A stretch of 64,000 nucleotides of DNA from Myxococcota bacterium (GCA_045106235.1 JBGCEJ010000006.1:43455-107454); one strand, 5' to 3'; positions 45,104 through 55,850 are shown, numbered from the stretch's first letter. Notes: a model not told the origin generated them from the sequence alone. Program-made: numbers and translations.

Positions 45104-46084
45104 TCAGTAGAACTGAGAGGCCCAGCTTCGGTAGCGCGTGATCTCACCATCGCCGTCGCAGAGCAAGGGCTTCGGGTTGAAGCGCTTGTTCTCCCAAATG
45201 GGGATGTCTTCGAGGAATTGCTGGATGATGTCGGTGATGATGGCTTTTCCGACACCCCGCTCAGTCGAAGCACCGCTGGACTGATCGATCGTGAGTGAGA
45301 AGCGCACGTCGATCAGATCGGCCGTGATCGGGGTTGTTGCCAGGATGAGGAGCGCTTCGCAGATTCCGGTAAAGCGGGCGGTCCCGAAGCCGAGGCCGTC
45401 ATAGTTCGAGATGATGCCGCCGTCGACTACGCCATGGGGCGTTTTGAATTGCGTGATTTGTTCGGCGCGGAGCTTCGGCCCTTCCATCGAGAGCAGCGTC
45501 TCCGGCACATCCACCGTCCCATGCACAAAATGGAAGTGCGCCCGGTCGGCGACGTTCTCAAGGATTTCTTGTGTGCAAGTCCGCACTTCGAGGCGATGGC
45601 GCCAGTACGTGGACCAGCCCGGGGCCTCGAACTCTTCGAAGGACCGCACGTCCCAGGAGGGCGGATTCCCGAGCGGGTCGTGCCAGACCATGAGCATTCC
45701 GTTGCGCTCGACACTTGGCCAGCGCTTTAGCTGGCTCCCGCGCGGAACCCGATTCGACTTTGCGTAAGGCACGTTCGCGCATGCGCCATCCTGGTCAAAA
45801 CGCCAACCATGAAAGGGGCAATGCAGATATTCGCTCTCGACTCTTCCACCTTTGCCTAAATGCGCCCCGAGATGCGGACAATGAGCATCGAAGACGAAGG
45901 CGGCGCCGGCCTCGGTCCGGCCAATCACGAGGTCTTGGCCGAAATAGCGGCTGGGCTGGACTGAGCCGGGCGGAATTTCGTCTGAGTACGCGACTTGAAA
46001 CCAACCCCGCGGAATAGGGAAGGGGAAACGGCTCGGGGCAGAGTCGGGTTCCTGGGAATTGCCTTTGGGGAATTGCGGCATCAC
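45104..46084 (-). CDS. Rieske [2Fe-2S] non-heme iron oxygenase (KshA/phthalate-type alpha subunit)
   Basis: CPHLGAHLG...CPFHGWRF Rieske motif. Confidence 0.85.
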   Translation of the reverse strand: MMPQFPKGNSQEPDSAPSRFPFPIPRGWFQVAYSDEIPPGSVQPSRYFGQDLVIGRTEAGAAFVFDAHCPHLGAHLGKGGRVESEYLHCPFHGWRFDQDGACANVPYAKSNRVPRGSQLKRWPSVERNGMLMVWHDPLGNPPSWDVRSFEEFEAPGWSTYWRHRLEVRTCTQEILENVADRAHFHFVHGTVDVPETLLSMEGPKLRAEQITQFKTPHGVVDGGIISNYDGLGFGTARFTGICEALLILATTPITADLIDVRFSLTIDQSSGASTERGVGKAIITDIIQQFLEDIPIWENKRFNPKPLLCDGDGEITRYRSWASQFY

Positions 46085-46162
46085 CCGGAGATTAGCGAAC
46101 GAATTGTCGAATTCTTGGGCGGTTGAGTGCTTTACCGCCTCGCTGAACCGCTCATCCGCGAA

Positions 46163-46873
46163 TCAATGCTTCGCAAGAAGCGAATCCCGACGCAGCAGAA
46201 CGATTCCTGCCCAAAGCATCCAAATAGAAGAGAAGTGAACTTGATAGTCGTGAACGGGACTCAGGCTTGCTTCGATTTCTGGTCCGAAGAAGGGATCGAT
46301 CGCCGAGATCGTCGCCGCGACACCAATTGACTGAAGCGCCCGGCCAAGCCAGCGCTCGCTCTGTGCGAGCCATCCCCCCATCATCCAGGTCCAGACCAGC
46401 CAGGGCACCATGGAAAACTGCCAAAGCCCTTGCCTAACGGTTGCGATTGACGCTTCCCACGCGCCGCCCAAAGCGACCTGCATCGCGGGATCCGCATCGC
46501 CGTAGACAGCGAGCACGCCCATGGTCACCCCCGTCATGACGCTGGCCGCCGTCACGGAGAGCACGATGAAAAGGAGTCCACAGAAAGTCGCGAAATCGAC
46601 GAGCAGAGGGTTTTTCGGTCGGAACCAATGCCACAAAAATAGGATGAGCGGCGCGCGGAGAAAGTAGTAACCGGCGAAGTCGAAGATTCCCCAGGCGAAT
46701 ATGAGCCGCGGCTTTGCGACCGGGATCGCTTCGATCGGTAGGTAGCCAAGGCTGGCGTCGAATTCGACGGCGGCGATGATCGAGTAGATCGCCGCAATAC
46801 AAAATGCGAAGGACAGGATGGATAGCCAGGCAACGATCTTCTGGGCGTCCGTCTTCCAGTCGGCTGTCATCAC
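46163..46873 (-). CDS. Hypothetical polytopic membrane protein (DUF4386-like)
   Basis: About 6 hydrophobic helices. No catalytic motif recognised. Confidence 0.55.
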   Translation of the reverse strand: MMTADWKTDAQKIVAWLSILSFAFCIAAIYSIIAAVEFDASLGYLPIEAIPVAKPRLIFAWGIFDFAGYYFLRAPLILFLWHWFRPKNPLLVDFATFCGLLFIVLSVTAASVMTGVTMGVLAVYGDADPAMQVALGGAWEASIATVRQGLWQFSMVPWLVWTWMMGGWLAQSERWLGRALQSIGVAATISAIDPFFGPEIEASLSPVHDYQVHFSSIWMLWAGIVLLRRDSLLAKH

Positions 46874-47129
46874 GCGCTCCTCTTAGTCAAAGCTGCATTC
46901 AAGATAAGGCAGAGCGGATACTCCACTTTGTCATCGATGGGTCGAAGGCGGCACGCGATGTAACGGCAGTCATAATTCGCCCGCAGGCGCGCCTCGGCCC
47001 CCCGGGCGAAGCGCAACTAGCATGGATCAAGTCTTTTTCCTTGACGCCGACCCGGGAATCAAAGACCGTAGCCGTCAGGCCCGATTTCGGCGTGTTTCAG
47101 CGCGGAAGGCCTGTCCTGGGAGATTTTTT

Positions 47130-47971
47130 ATGTGGATTCGTTTCGCTCCGGCGAGCCTCGTCGGTGTTTCGTTGTGGTTTGTTGCTGCTGTGGCCACCGC
47201 TCAGACCCAACCGTTCAGCTTCTCGGTCGAGAGTTTTTCGATTCCTGAGCGCGGCGTCTTTGATGACTTTAACGATGGCGTCATCGACCCTGCATGGGAC
47301 GGGTTGGTCATAGGTACCGTCGTGGAATCAGGGTCCAGCCTGACGATCTCGAATCCGGGTGGCTTTGGATTTCTGCCCGCTCCGCTGGTCAACGAGGCTT
47401 CGGGCGTGTCCGGGCAGGGCGTTGCGCTCGATTTTGCGGGCGACCTCACTGCGACAAGTATTTGGACGCAGCAGACACCTGATCTGAGCACGGGCTTTAG
47501 TCTCGCGCTCGGTTCGTTCAACTCTTCAACGACGAATATTCATCAAGTGAGCGTTGGTCTAGGAGATACCGTGCCTGCCATGGGGACGGTTCTGGGGGCG
47601 GTACCGGGCTCGGGGTGAGCGTGCTGTCTGTGGTTCGCGATTCTCAGGCCGGGAATATTCTCTCAGCGGAGCGAATCTCGATTCCTGTGCTGTCTGCGGA
47701 GATCACCGGCAACGTCCACCTCTCGCTGGCATTCGACGATGCGGCGAACACGCTGCAGCCGCTCTACTCGACCGACGGCGGTGCGACGGTTCTGGCCGCG
47801 GGGAGTCCGATTCCGTGGAACTTCTTCGGCGGCGGATTCGCGCTGTCGGGAAGCTCGACCGTGCCGGAGCCGGGAACAGCGCTGCTTCTTGGCCTTGGGC
47901 TTGCGGCCCTAGCGACCTCTCGCTCGTCACGGGCGGGGGTGTTGCGCGCCTTGGTTGAGGAGGCGGAGTAG
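47130..47971 (+). pseudogene. PEP-CTERM protein gene interrupted by a frameshift in a G-run
   Basis: 47130-47618 encodes the signal peptide and N-domain, ending at TGA 47616-47618. The next frame (47615-47971) carries the rest plus TVPEPGTALLLGLGLAALATSRSSR. The junction lies at GGGGG/GGGG runs 47594-47615. Confidence 0.55.
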
Positions 47972-49018
47972 GGGGCGTCGGCGCAGCAGCAGGGTATGCC
48001 CCAACCCGCCGACGAGTAGCCCCAGGAAGAAGCCGCCAAGATGGCCGCCCCAGGCGACACCGCCGCCACCGATGGCCCAGCCCGCGAGATTGAAGGCGAG
48101 CCAGAAGCCGACGTAGATTGGTGTTGATATTTTGAACTGCCAGACGAGTGCCATGAAGGTGAGGCTGGATTTGCGGAAGAGCATGGCATAGAGCGCGATC
48201 ACGCCGGAGATGGCGCCGCTTGCGCCGACCGCAGGCGTCCCTGCCGATCCGGCACTGAGTGAATAGAACACGCCGCCCGCGACACCCGCTGCCAAGTAGA
48301 ACGCGAGAAAGGCCGGGCCGCCGAGGACATCTTCGACATTGTCTCCGAGGATCCACAGGAAGTACATATTGCCGACGAGGTGAATGAGGCCAACGTGTAG
48401 GAATTGCGAGGTCAGTAGGCCGGACCACCATCCCGCCGCCGGCATCTGTGCCGGGTTGAGTGCATAGGCGTCGAAGTTCGCTTCTGTGCTCACGAAGGCG
48501 GCGGTGACGAGGAGGTGGATCACGACGTTCGCGGCGATCAGGCCGTACGTGACGAACGGCGTCTTATGCGGCGCGACATTGAACTCGATGGGTAAGCCGG
48601 TCAGGAGCTGAGTGAACCAATCGCGCCAGGTGGGCTCGCCGTCGACCGATTCCTGGGCGGCGGAGAGGTGATGCCCGGCAAGGGCATGGTCGAGGCTTCC
48701 GTGAGGGAGCCATACGCCCGAGCAATCCGGGCATGTCTCGACATGCGTTGGATTGATCTCGGAGAGGTCATGCACGATGAGTGTCGTCTTGCAGTTCGGG
48801 CACGCGTCCTGGCTGAGCCCTCGCCGCTCCCGCGTCGCCTGGGCTATTTTGTTGGCGCTCATCGCCGCGGGGTCATAGTCCTGAATGGCCGAAGCCAGAT
48901 CGCCGGCTTCGAACCAGAGACCGCGACAGCGAACGCATAATTCAGAACGGCAGCCTTCGGACTCGATCGGATCGAGGAGGCCTTGGCGGCAACTGGGGCA
49001 GTGTCTCGTAGGGGGCAT
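47927..49018 (-). CDS. Rhomboid-family intramembrane serine protease with N-terminal double zinc-ribbon
   Basis: CPSC...CVRC and CPNC...CPDC ribbons, then the rhomboid core with GASGAISG (catalytic Ser) and HLGGF (His). Confidence 0.85.
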   Translation of the reverse strand: MPPTRHCPSCRQGLLDPIESEGCRSELCVRCRGLWFEAGDLASAIQDYDPAAMSANKIAQATRERRGLSQDACPNCKTTLIVHDLSEINPTHVETCPDCSGVWLPHGSLDHALAGHHLSAAQESVDGEPTWRDWFTQLLTGLPIEFNVAPHKTPFVTYGLIAANVVIHLLVTAAFVSTEANFDAYALNPAQMPAAGWWSGLLTSQFLHVGLIHLVGNMYFLWILGDNVEDVLGGPAFLAFYLAAGVAGGVFYSLSAGSAGTPAVGASGAISGVIALYAMLFRKSSLTFMALVWQFKISTPIYVGFWLAFNLAGWAIGGGGVAWGGHLGGFFLGLLVGGLGHTLLLRRRPLLRLLNQGAQHPRP

Positions 49019-49105
49019 CCGGGGGAGCGTAGCAAGAGGGCGGGGCTACGCATTCAGTGAAGGCGACTTCGGTCTCGACTCAAGGCTTCGAATGCGAGGG
49101 GCGAA

Positions 49106-49138
49106 GGATGCACTCAAAAAAAACGAGGGGCCAAAATG
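49106..49138 (-). terminator. Rho-independent terminator (bidirectional hairpin, U8 on minus strand)
   Basis: CGAGGGGCCA-aaatg-TGGCCCCTCG, followed on the minus strand by TTTTTTTT. Lies downstream of the TRL lipoprotein gene. Confidence 0.7.
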
Positions 49139-49210
49139 TGGCCCCTCGCTCTTTGACCGAGTCGTATGTCGAATCGACGACGCATGAATGCGGCGTTCAA
49201 TTCGATGCGA

Positions 49211-49525
49211 CTAGTTACCGGTTACGGTCACGCAGGTCTCACCAATGAAGGGGTAGAAGCCCTTGGTGTGATAGTCCGCCGACGCGACAACGGTGATCCC
49301 GCCGTCGGCCTTGGCTGCGGCGATCGATGCGTCACCCTTGTTGATCAGGCCAATGATCGTGTTCGCGCAGGCGGTGCCGGTCTTGGAGCCGGTTGCCGCG
49401 GTCGCCAGGATCGGTCCCTTGACGTCCGTGATGAGGCCGATGCCGACCGGCGAAGGACCGGCTGCACAGCCTGCGGTGAAGAGGGCAAGCGACAGAACGG
49501 AACCCAACGCGATTTTCTTAATCAT
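49211..49525 (-). CDS. TRL-like family lipoprotein
   Basis: Lipobox LFTAGC and a GLINKGDASIAAA...TVTGN pattern. ATG 49525 with AAGGA RBS. Confidence 0.75.
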   Translation of the reverse strand: MIKKIALGSVLSLALFTAGCAAGPSPVGIGLITDVKGPILATAATGSKTGTACANTIIGLINKGDASIAAAKADGGITVVASADYHTKGFYPFIGETCVTVTGN

Positions 49526-49954
49526 TCTTGTTTCCTTTTGATACTGGTTGAATGAACGAACAGTTCGTTCAGATCGGCAGAGTAATGCAAAAAGTGAACA
49601 ATTACGTCGAGATAAGTGTGGAGAGTGAGCGGAAAATTGGAACAGCATCGGAGCGCGTGGAGGCTTCGCTCAATCAGAGCGCTCAAAGATCCAGTTGAAT
49701 TCGTGTGCGCTACATCGGGAGTTCTATCGATATCGGAAGTGGGAGATTCGTACTGCTTCTCAGGAGGACTGACTCCTGAGACTTCGATTGAATGGGACTG
49801 TGTGAGATTCAGCGAATTTCAATCGTCTCCCCTTGTCTGTCGTGCATAGGCCGCCTTGGAACACAACGTCAGGATGGGGCGGAGGAACTTCAACGTTTCC
49901 AGACTATTACGGACTTTCGTAAAGGTTGTTTACGAAACATCTTTTCTTGTGAGG

Positions 49955-50674
49955 TCATTGAGGATCGGAGAGCGCTTTGTTCGTCGCAGAAGTGGCGTGT
50001 CTCGGTTTTCGAAGGGCGAGACCGATCATGCCGAGTCCTAAAAGGAGAGCTGTCCCAGGCTCGGGGACGACATTGATCGTATAGGACGCGCTGGCGACAT
50101 CGAAGCTGCCATTTGGAGTGCTGACCGCGTCGCCTGGGAGCTGAGTCCCTAGTTCGACACCGTTGACTGCTCCTGTGACCAGGAATGTAAGCGCAACGTC
50201 GGAGGTGTCGAACGTGCCGTCGTATCCCCAGTCAAAGCTTCCGTCGGCGCTGGGGGCGCTGCCCGAATCGGCGTCGATGACTGCGACGTTTCCATTCGTC
50301 TGTTGTGTCAAGTTCTGGTTATCGACTGAATTGTCCCAGCCTGCAAGGAAATCGAGGCACAGGTCGGGGCTAACGCAGACTCCGCGAAGGTAGGAGAAGG
50401 CTGACTGCCCGTTGATGAGTTGGAGCCCGGTCAGATCGCTGCCCCCGAATCCCGATGCCGAGGCGCGGAGGCTGAGAACGCCTTCAAACTGGGAACCCGG
50501 CCCAGCGAAATTGTCGACATTAAACTCGAGTGTGATCACGTCTCCGACCTCCACTGAGCGTGTGGTCTCCCCGACGGTCGCGAATGTGATCGCGCTCGCG
50601 CTCACGGCATCGAAAAATAGCAACGCCGGAAATAGAACCTTTGTTGCCTTGCTAGGTCGCTGTGTCATCCACAT
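49955..50674 (-). CDS. PEP-CTERM protein, paralog of 34784-35494
   Basis: TVGETTRSVEVGDVITLEFNVDN and C-terminus VVPEPGTALLLGLGMIGLALRK. Confidence 0.85.
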   Translation of the reverse strand: MWMTQRPSKATKVLFPALLFFDAVSASAITFATVGETTRSVEVGDVITLEFNVDNFAGPGSQFEGVLSLRASASGFGGSDLTGLQLINGQSAFSYLRGVCVSPDLCLDFLAGWDNSVDNQNLTQQTNGNVAVIDADSGSAPSADGSFDWGYDGTFDTSDVALTFLVTGAVNGVELGTQLPGDAVSTPNGSFDVASASYTINVVPEPGTALLLGLGMIGLALRKPRHATSATNKALSDPQ

Positions 50675-50818
50675 TTCGATAGAACCCCTTGTGCTGCCCG
50701 CGGTCGGTTTCGATTTTAACCAGGTTATTTTACCTCAATGCAGGGGTAATCCTTCCACTTTTCTCAGGCAGACCGTGTTATTCACCCTAACGTTTCCGCT
50801 TTGCGAAGCGGAGCTTGG

Positions 50819-51652
50819 CTAGAGGATCTCCGGCGCGAACTCGCCTCTGCAGACGAGCTGCGTTCGTCCGCCGACCTGGATGACATCGCCCACTCGGAGA
50901 TACAAGCGGGACGGGCGCTTCATCTCGACGCCCTGATCCACCACGACCTCGAATGAGCCGCCGCGCAGATCCTTCAGGTATGCCGCGAAAGCGCTGTTGG
51001 CGCTTCCGGTGGCGGGATCTTCTCTGATGCCGCCAGCATCGAAGAACATGCGGCTCGCGAAGTCAGCGTCGGTGCCATACGCGTCCTCGGTAAAAATGAA
51101 GACGTGTGCGACTGCCAGGCCTTCCTGTTGATAGGTTCTATGTAGCGCTGGATTCAGGGCCGCTTGTCGCAAGGCGGTTAGATCCTTGACGCCGATGAGG
51201 ATGAATTCCGGGCCCACCTCAGCGAAGCGCGGCGAATAGCCGGTGGCGAGCTGCTCGGGTGTGAGACCGATTAACTGCCCAGCGCGCTCCGGATCGAGCA
51301 CGTCGTTCAGAGCGACCGGCGGCGGCGTCATCCAGCCTATGCCGTCTTCGAAGGAAACGGGAACGGCGCCACCCGCGAGATCAAGCGTGAAGGAGCCCGT
51401 TCCGCCGGCCAGCACCCACGCTGTGCCCACAGTGGGATGCCCGGCGAAGGGAAGCTCGGTAGACGGCGTGAAGATCCGCACGCTCGCACGGCCTTCTGCC
51501 TCCGCAGTGACGAAGGTGGTTTCTGAGAAGTTCATCTCCCGGGCGATACTCTGCATCTGCTCGGAGGTGAGCTCCTTCGCGTCTAGCACGACTGCGAGCT
51601 GATTTCCGGCCAGAGGCTTTTCCGCGAAAACATCGACGATGGTCAAATTCAT
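50819..51652 (-). CDS. PhzF-family isomerase
   Basis: [17 protein letters not shown]...NFSETTFV N-terminus and DAP-epimerase-like fold length. Confidence 0.9.
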   Translation of the reverse strand: MNLTIVDVFAEKPLAGNQLAVVLDAKELTSEQMQSIAREMNFSETTFVTAEAEGRASVRIFTPSTELPFAGHPTVGTAWVLAGGTGSFTLDLAGGAVPVSFEDGIGWMTPPPVALNDVLDPERAGQLIGLTPEQLATGYSPRFAEVGPEFILIGVKDLTALRQAALNPALHRTYQQEGLAVAHVFIFTEDAYGTDADFASRMFFDAGGIREDPATGSANSAFAAYLKDLRGGSFEVVVDQGVEMKRPSRLYLRVGDVIQVGGRTQLVCRGEFAPEIL

Positions 51653-52241
51653 GGCTTGCTCACTCGGTTGAATGGATTCTTTAAAGGCGGGTCTCGATCA
51701 ATCGCCTATTTCTTCGTAAACCACGCGGCGCCTTCCAGGCTGTCTTTTTATCTGGTTCCCCTAGTTCCCAGGGGACGGCTACGGACTCGAGCGTGGTGCT
51801 CGACCCGATTCGCGGGAATGTAGTCGTTTTAACACGGGACGCTCGCCATTGAGCCGGGGCATGGGGCACGCCCCGTGCGCGGTCCGAGGCGTCTCAAGGG
51901 GCGCGGGCCCAGAAGAACGGGACTGAGGTGACGCCTCGGCGGAGCCTTATGGCGGCCTCACCGTCCAACGTTCCTCGTGCTGCCCGAGATCTACTTCGTT
52001 TTGTTCCTGAGCCTTCCTCCGCATAACAATCTAGGCACGGACGATCGCCATCCCCTAAGACGCAGTCAGCGATGCAAATGATCTGATCACGCTTCAACTT
52101 TTCAATATTTAGGTAAACCCAGTCGCTCTCGAGGCCGAATGTCTCCGCAGTGAAGCGCTCAAGCGGGCGATTCTAGATTGCGCAGAGAATTAAGATCTCC
52201 CGATTTTTCGACAGGGGAAGACCAAGGTGGATAAGGTGAGC

Positions 52242-55200
52242 ATGAGCGTTCTAAGGTTCCGAGAATTTTTGAGTGTATTCGTCGTTCTGATGATGCTCCT
52301 CGTTGGCTGCGGCGATGGCTCGAATTCTGGATCGAATTCTGGGGCATCGGAATCAACACTGAATCCGGAACTCGAGATCGAGTCCGCTCAGACGCGCTTC
52401 CGAGGTCTCACTTCAGCCGCGACCGCCGGCGGTCCTTCTGTTTTGTTGCGATGGAATGACGCGACGGACACCGAGACGACCACCGCGGAGATGCGCTATG
52501 AGATCTACGCTTCGGCGACTTCGACTGGTCAGGATTTTTCGGAGCCGGTGAGAACGACCGCAGGGGGTGTCACCTCCATCGTGATCTCTGGTTCGCAAAC
52601 GCCGCTCGTCGCCGAAGGAACGCCCGTCTATTTCGTCGTGCGCTCCCTCGACACCGACGATGAGACGGATGACAACACGACGGAGCTGAGGGCTGTGCCC
52701 ATGCCTGCGGCGGCTGTCGCATACGTGAGTGACGTGGCGGCAGGGCCGGGCGCTCTGGGCGATCCGGCAGATCCCTTCACCACGATTCAGGCCGGCGTCG
52801 ACGCGGTTGAGGGCGCGGGTGCTGGCATCGTCCTGATCGATTCCGCTTCGGGCGGTACGACCTACGCGGAAGAGGTCGACCTAACGACTTCGGTGACTTC
52901 GATTGCGCTCTACGGCGGATTTAACCGCTTCTCGAATCTCGGCGCTTCGCCGGACGGGGACGATATCCTCGCGAGCCGAGATACTTCGATTTACACGACC
53001 ACGATTACGGGCGCGGGGCTCTCGCCGCTCGCCGACGAAGACGTTGTCCGCGTCGCCAATAACGGATCCCCAACCAACATCGATGGTTTGACTTTCGCCG
53101 GCGATTTCGAGATGTTGCAAACGAAGCCCTTCGGCTTCGATATCCAGGTGACCAATGGGGCCATGTCCATCGCGACGATGGCCCCGAATACCTTCTACAG
53201 TGTACTGGATGACAGCCAACCCGAAATTTTTTGGTTAGACGCTCAGCGGATCCCGATGACCTTCGATCAGAATGCAGGTTTCTCGGCCGCGGTGGAGTGG
53301 CCCATCGTTGAAGCGTACCCGGGTGCGACGGCTTCCGGGCCCGGCTCCATCGCGATCAATCCTGGCTTCGGCATCCAAGGGACCGACGTCGATATTCAGA
53401 TCAGTGGTACGAATTTCACTGAATACGCCGCGACGGGCTTCACCGCCACGGGCGGAGGGGAGCGCGCCAAGGTTCGTTTCATCGGCAATACCGCAGAGGA
53501 GGCCGTTGGCGCGATGGTTGTGGTTAACGGCGCGGTCGACTGGGTACGTTTCCAGAATAACTCCATCGTAGGACGCGGCGCGATCGTGACCGATGAGCTT
53601 GCGCCCATCCTGACCATTCCGACGACCGGAGCTGACTGGGTCGTCGCAGATAACGTCGTCAACAGGACCAGAGAAACTTCCGCCGTCAGAATCGAGGGCG
53701 TCGCCCCTGAAAATCCGGCAGCGGGCGGTGATGTCTCCATCAGCTTTAGTCGGAACAATCTCAAGGGCGTCAATGGCGCAGGCATCGACATTCAGGATAT
53801 TGGCAACGTAGGAACCGACGGCAGCGTCTCGATCGTCGTTGACTCGAACGAAACGATTGGTATCGACGAGGATCCGATTCGCATCGACACGCTCGCAATC
53901 GACGTGAATGAAGGCGTCGAGCTGAACCTCTTGATTGAAAATAACAAGTTGTTCAATTCCGACAGTAACGCGATTGAACTCGATTACAGCGTGTCAGCGG
54001 GCGAGACCACCACGATTACGATCCGCGACAACCTGATCTCGACCACGGAGAACGGCGCGACGGATATTTCATTCGTCACGTCGGGTACAGATGACCTCTC
54101 TGATGGTGGACATATCATCCTTGATTTCATCGATAATATCGTCTTGAACAGCGAAGATATTCAAATCTCCCCGCGAGTACCGCATAACGGCCGCTTCGAT
54201 TTGACTATGACAGGCAACCAGACCCTCAACTCAGAAGATGAGGGTGTGAGTATCCGGGCCGACGGGTATCTCGGCACCACGACTAGCAGCTATGCGTACC
54301 CTGACGGTGTCTTATTCGTCAATGTCTTCAATAACGACCTGAGGGGCGGGGATGACGAAGCCTTTGAGCTTCGGGGCGTGAACGACGATTCGACGGGGTT
54401 TGTCTATTTCGGGCATAACTTCGCGGGGATGTCTCCTGATCCCAGCGAGGTAGGGATCGACTTCGATCCCGTAGCTAACTTCCAGTATCTTTTTGAGAAT
54501 AATCTGCTCGGCTTCGGGGGCGTAGACAACGAGCCAGCCATGGATATCTCGGGTAACTCGAATGATTCTCCGTCCCTGATTATGATCAGGAATAACGTCT
54601 TCACCGCGTCCGGTGGCCCTGGTGTGGAGTTGCCAAGCTCGGGCGGCATGCCCCAGTTGGTCAACAACACGATCACTTACGGCGGGCAGGCCGATGCCGA
54701 TCAAGGCGGGATTCAATCCGATTCGGATACGAACCAGGCCTACGTTCACAATAACGTGATCGCGTTCAATTCCCCCTTCGACCTCGAGCAGGACACGGGG
54801 ATCATCGCCAACTACTCCTTTATCGGAGACGGTTCAGATCAAGCCGGTTTCGGGAACCTGAGCGGCGACCCCCTCTTTGATCTGGTCTTCGAAGACCTAG
54901 CCTTCTTTCCTTTCTCGTGGCTCGGCTCGGAATACCTCTACGGACTCGGTTCGCTCTCTGCGGCCGTCGATGCGGGTGATCCCGACTCCGATTTCAACGA
55001 TCCCGACGATACGCGAAACGATATGGGCGCTTACGGTGGCCCGGGCGCAGGTCCGATCGGTCCGGTTGGGGATAGCGCGGAGTTGCCTTTGGTCTTCCTC
55101 GGCAACTCTCCGCCCACCGAGCTCTATACCGGGGGAACTCTCCTGAGTAGTGGCGATGACCTAACGCTGGTGTTCAACAAGGTTGTTGACACAGATACTG

Positions 55201-55850
55201 TTGCGGACGCGCTCACGATCACGAGCGGTGGCGTTGAAGTGCCAGGAACCTTCTCGGCCGCGCTCGACGGCAATGGCGTTGTCTTCGCCCCCTCGACTGT
55301 GCTCAACCCGGGCGGGGCAGGGTTTGTCGATGTCTCGATTGATACCGATCTGGAGGACGAGGACGGTCTTAGCTTGGACTATCCGGTGAATCTGCATCTT
55401 GGCATCAGCCCCGGCGCCGCCACCGCTGAAGTCGAACCCAACGACGTGAACGATGGCGTAGTGGATGCGCTGGATATTGCTGCGGCTCAGGATGCATCCA
55501 CGGGTGCCGGGCCGGACACGTTTGAACTGACTTCTACGATCAGCACCTCGGCCGACATCGACGTCTACGCCGTGAGCGCCACAGCAGGGCAGCGCTTGAT
55601 GCTCACGATTCTCGATAGTCGACTGGTCGGCGGGGGCGAAGACGACGCGATCCGGCTTGATCTCTACGACGCGACCGGGGCGCTGTTGGTCCTCGGGAAC
55701 GACGACACGTTCAACCTCGACGGGACCAGTGATGGCGATGCCTATCTCGATTACGTGGCGCCCGCCAATGGCGATTACTTCGTCGTGGTGTCGAATGAGG
55801 ATCTAGGCGCCGGGCCGCAGGCCTATCGGTTGCTTGGGGTATTGCGCTAG
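52242..55850 (+). CDS. Giant lipoprotein: FN3-like + multiple right-handed beta-helix segments + Ig-like + C-terminal PPC (pre-peptidase) domain
   Basis: Lipobox MLLVGCGDG and G/N-rich beta-helix repeats. SbsA-Ig-like segment DTVADALTITSGGVEVPGTF. PPC signature EVEPNDV...YAVSATAGQRLML...DGDYFVVV. Confidence 0.85.
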   Translation: MSVLRFREFLSVFVVLMMLLVGCGDGSNSGSNSGASESTLNPELEIESAQTRFRGLTSAATAGGPSVLLRWNDATDTETTTAEMRYEIYASATSTGQDFSEPVRTTAGGVTSIVISGSQTPLVAEGTPVYFVVRSLDTDDETDDNTTELRAVPMPAAAVAYVSDVAAGPGALGDPADPFTTIQAGVDAVEGAGAGIVLIDSASGGTTYAEEVDLTTSVTSIALYGGFNRFSNLGASPDGDDILASRDTSIYTTTITGAGLSPLADEDVVRVANNGSPTNIDGLTFAGDFEMLQTKPFGFDIQVTNGAMSIATMAPNTFYSVLDDSQPEIFWLDAQRIPMTFDQNAGFSAAVEWPIVEAYPGATASGPGSIAINPGFGIQGTDVDIQISGTNFTEYAATGFTATGGGERAKVRFIGNTAEEAVGAMVVVNGAVDWVRFQNNSIVGRGAIVTDELAPILTIPTTGADWVVADNVVNRTRETSAVRIEGVAPENPAAGGDVSISFSRNNLKGVNGAGIDIQDIGNVGTDGSVSIVVDSNETIGIDEDPIRIDTLAIDVNEGVELNLLIENNKLFNSDSNAIELDYSVSAGETTTITIRDNLISTTENGATDISFVTSGTDDLSDGGHIILDFIDNIVLNSEDIQISPRVPHNGRFDLTMTGNQTLNSEDEGVSIRADGYLGTTTSSYAYPDGVLFVNVFNNDLRGGDDEAFELRGVNDDSTGFVYFGHNFAGMSPDPSEVGIDFDPVANFQYLFENNLLGFGGVDNEPAMDISGNSNDSPSLIMIRNNVFTASGGPGVELPSSGGMPQLVNNTITYGGQADADQGGIQSDSDTNQAYVHNNVIAFNSPFDLEQDTGIIANYSFIGDGSDQAGFGNLSGDPLFDLVFEDLAFFPFSWLGSEYLYGLGSLSAAVDAGDPDSDFNDPDDTRNDMGAYGGPGAGPIGPVGDSAELPLVFLGNSPPTELYTGGTLLSSGDDLTLVFNKVVDTDTVADALTITSGGVEVPGTFSAALDGNGVVFAPSTVLNPGGAGFVDVSIDTDLEDEDGLSLDYPVNLHLGISPGAATAEVEPNDVNDGVVDALDIAAAQDASTGAGPDTFELTSTISTSADIDVYAVSATAGQRLMLTILDSRLVGGGEDDAIRLDLYDATGALLVLGNDDTFNLDGTSDGDAYLDYVAPANGDYFVVVSNEDLGAGPQAYRLLGVLR

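Noticed and set aside
51894-52170. Small minus-strand ORF with Cys pairs (…DWVYLNIEKLKRDQIICIADCVLGDGDRPCLDCY…) in the leader of the giant lipoprotein gene
   Set aside because: It has no ATG or convincing RBS, and only a TTG start gives 67 aa. The tail is Arg-rich junk and no family was recognised. It might be a remnant, but this is not supportable.
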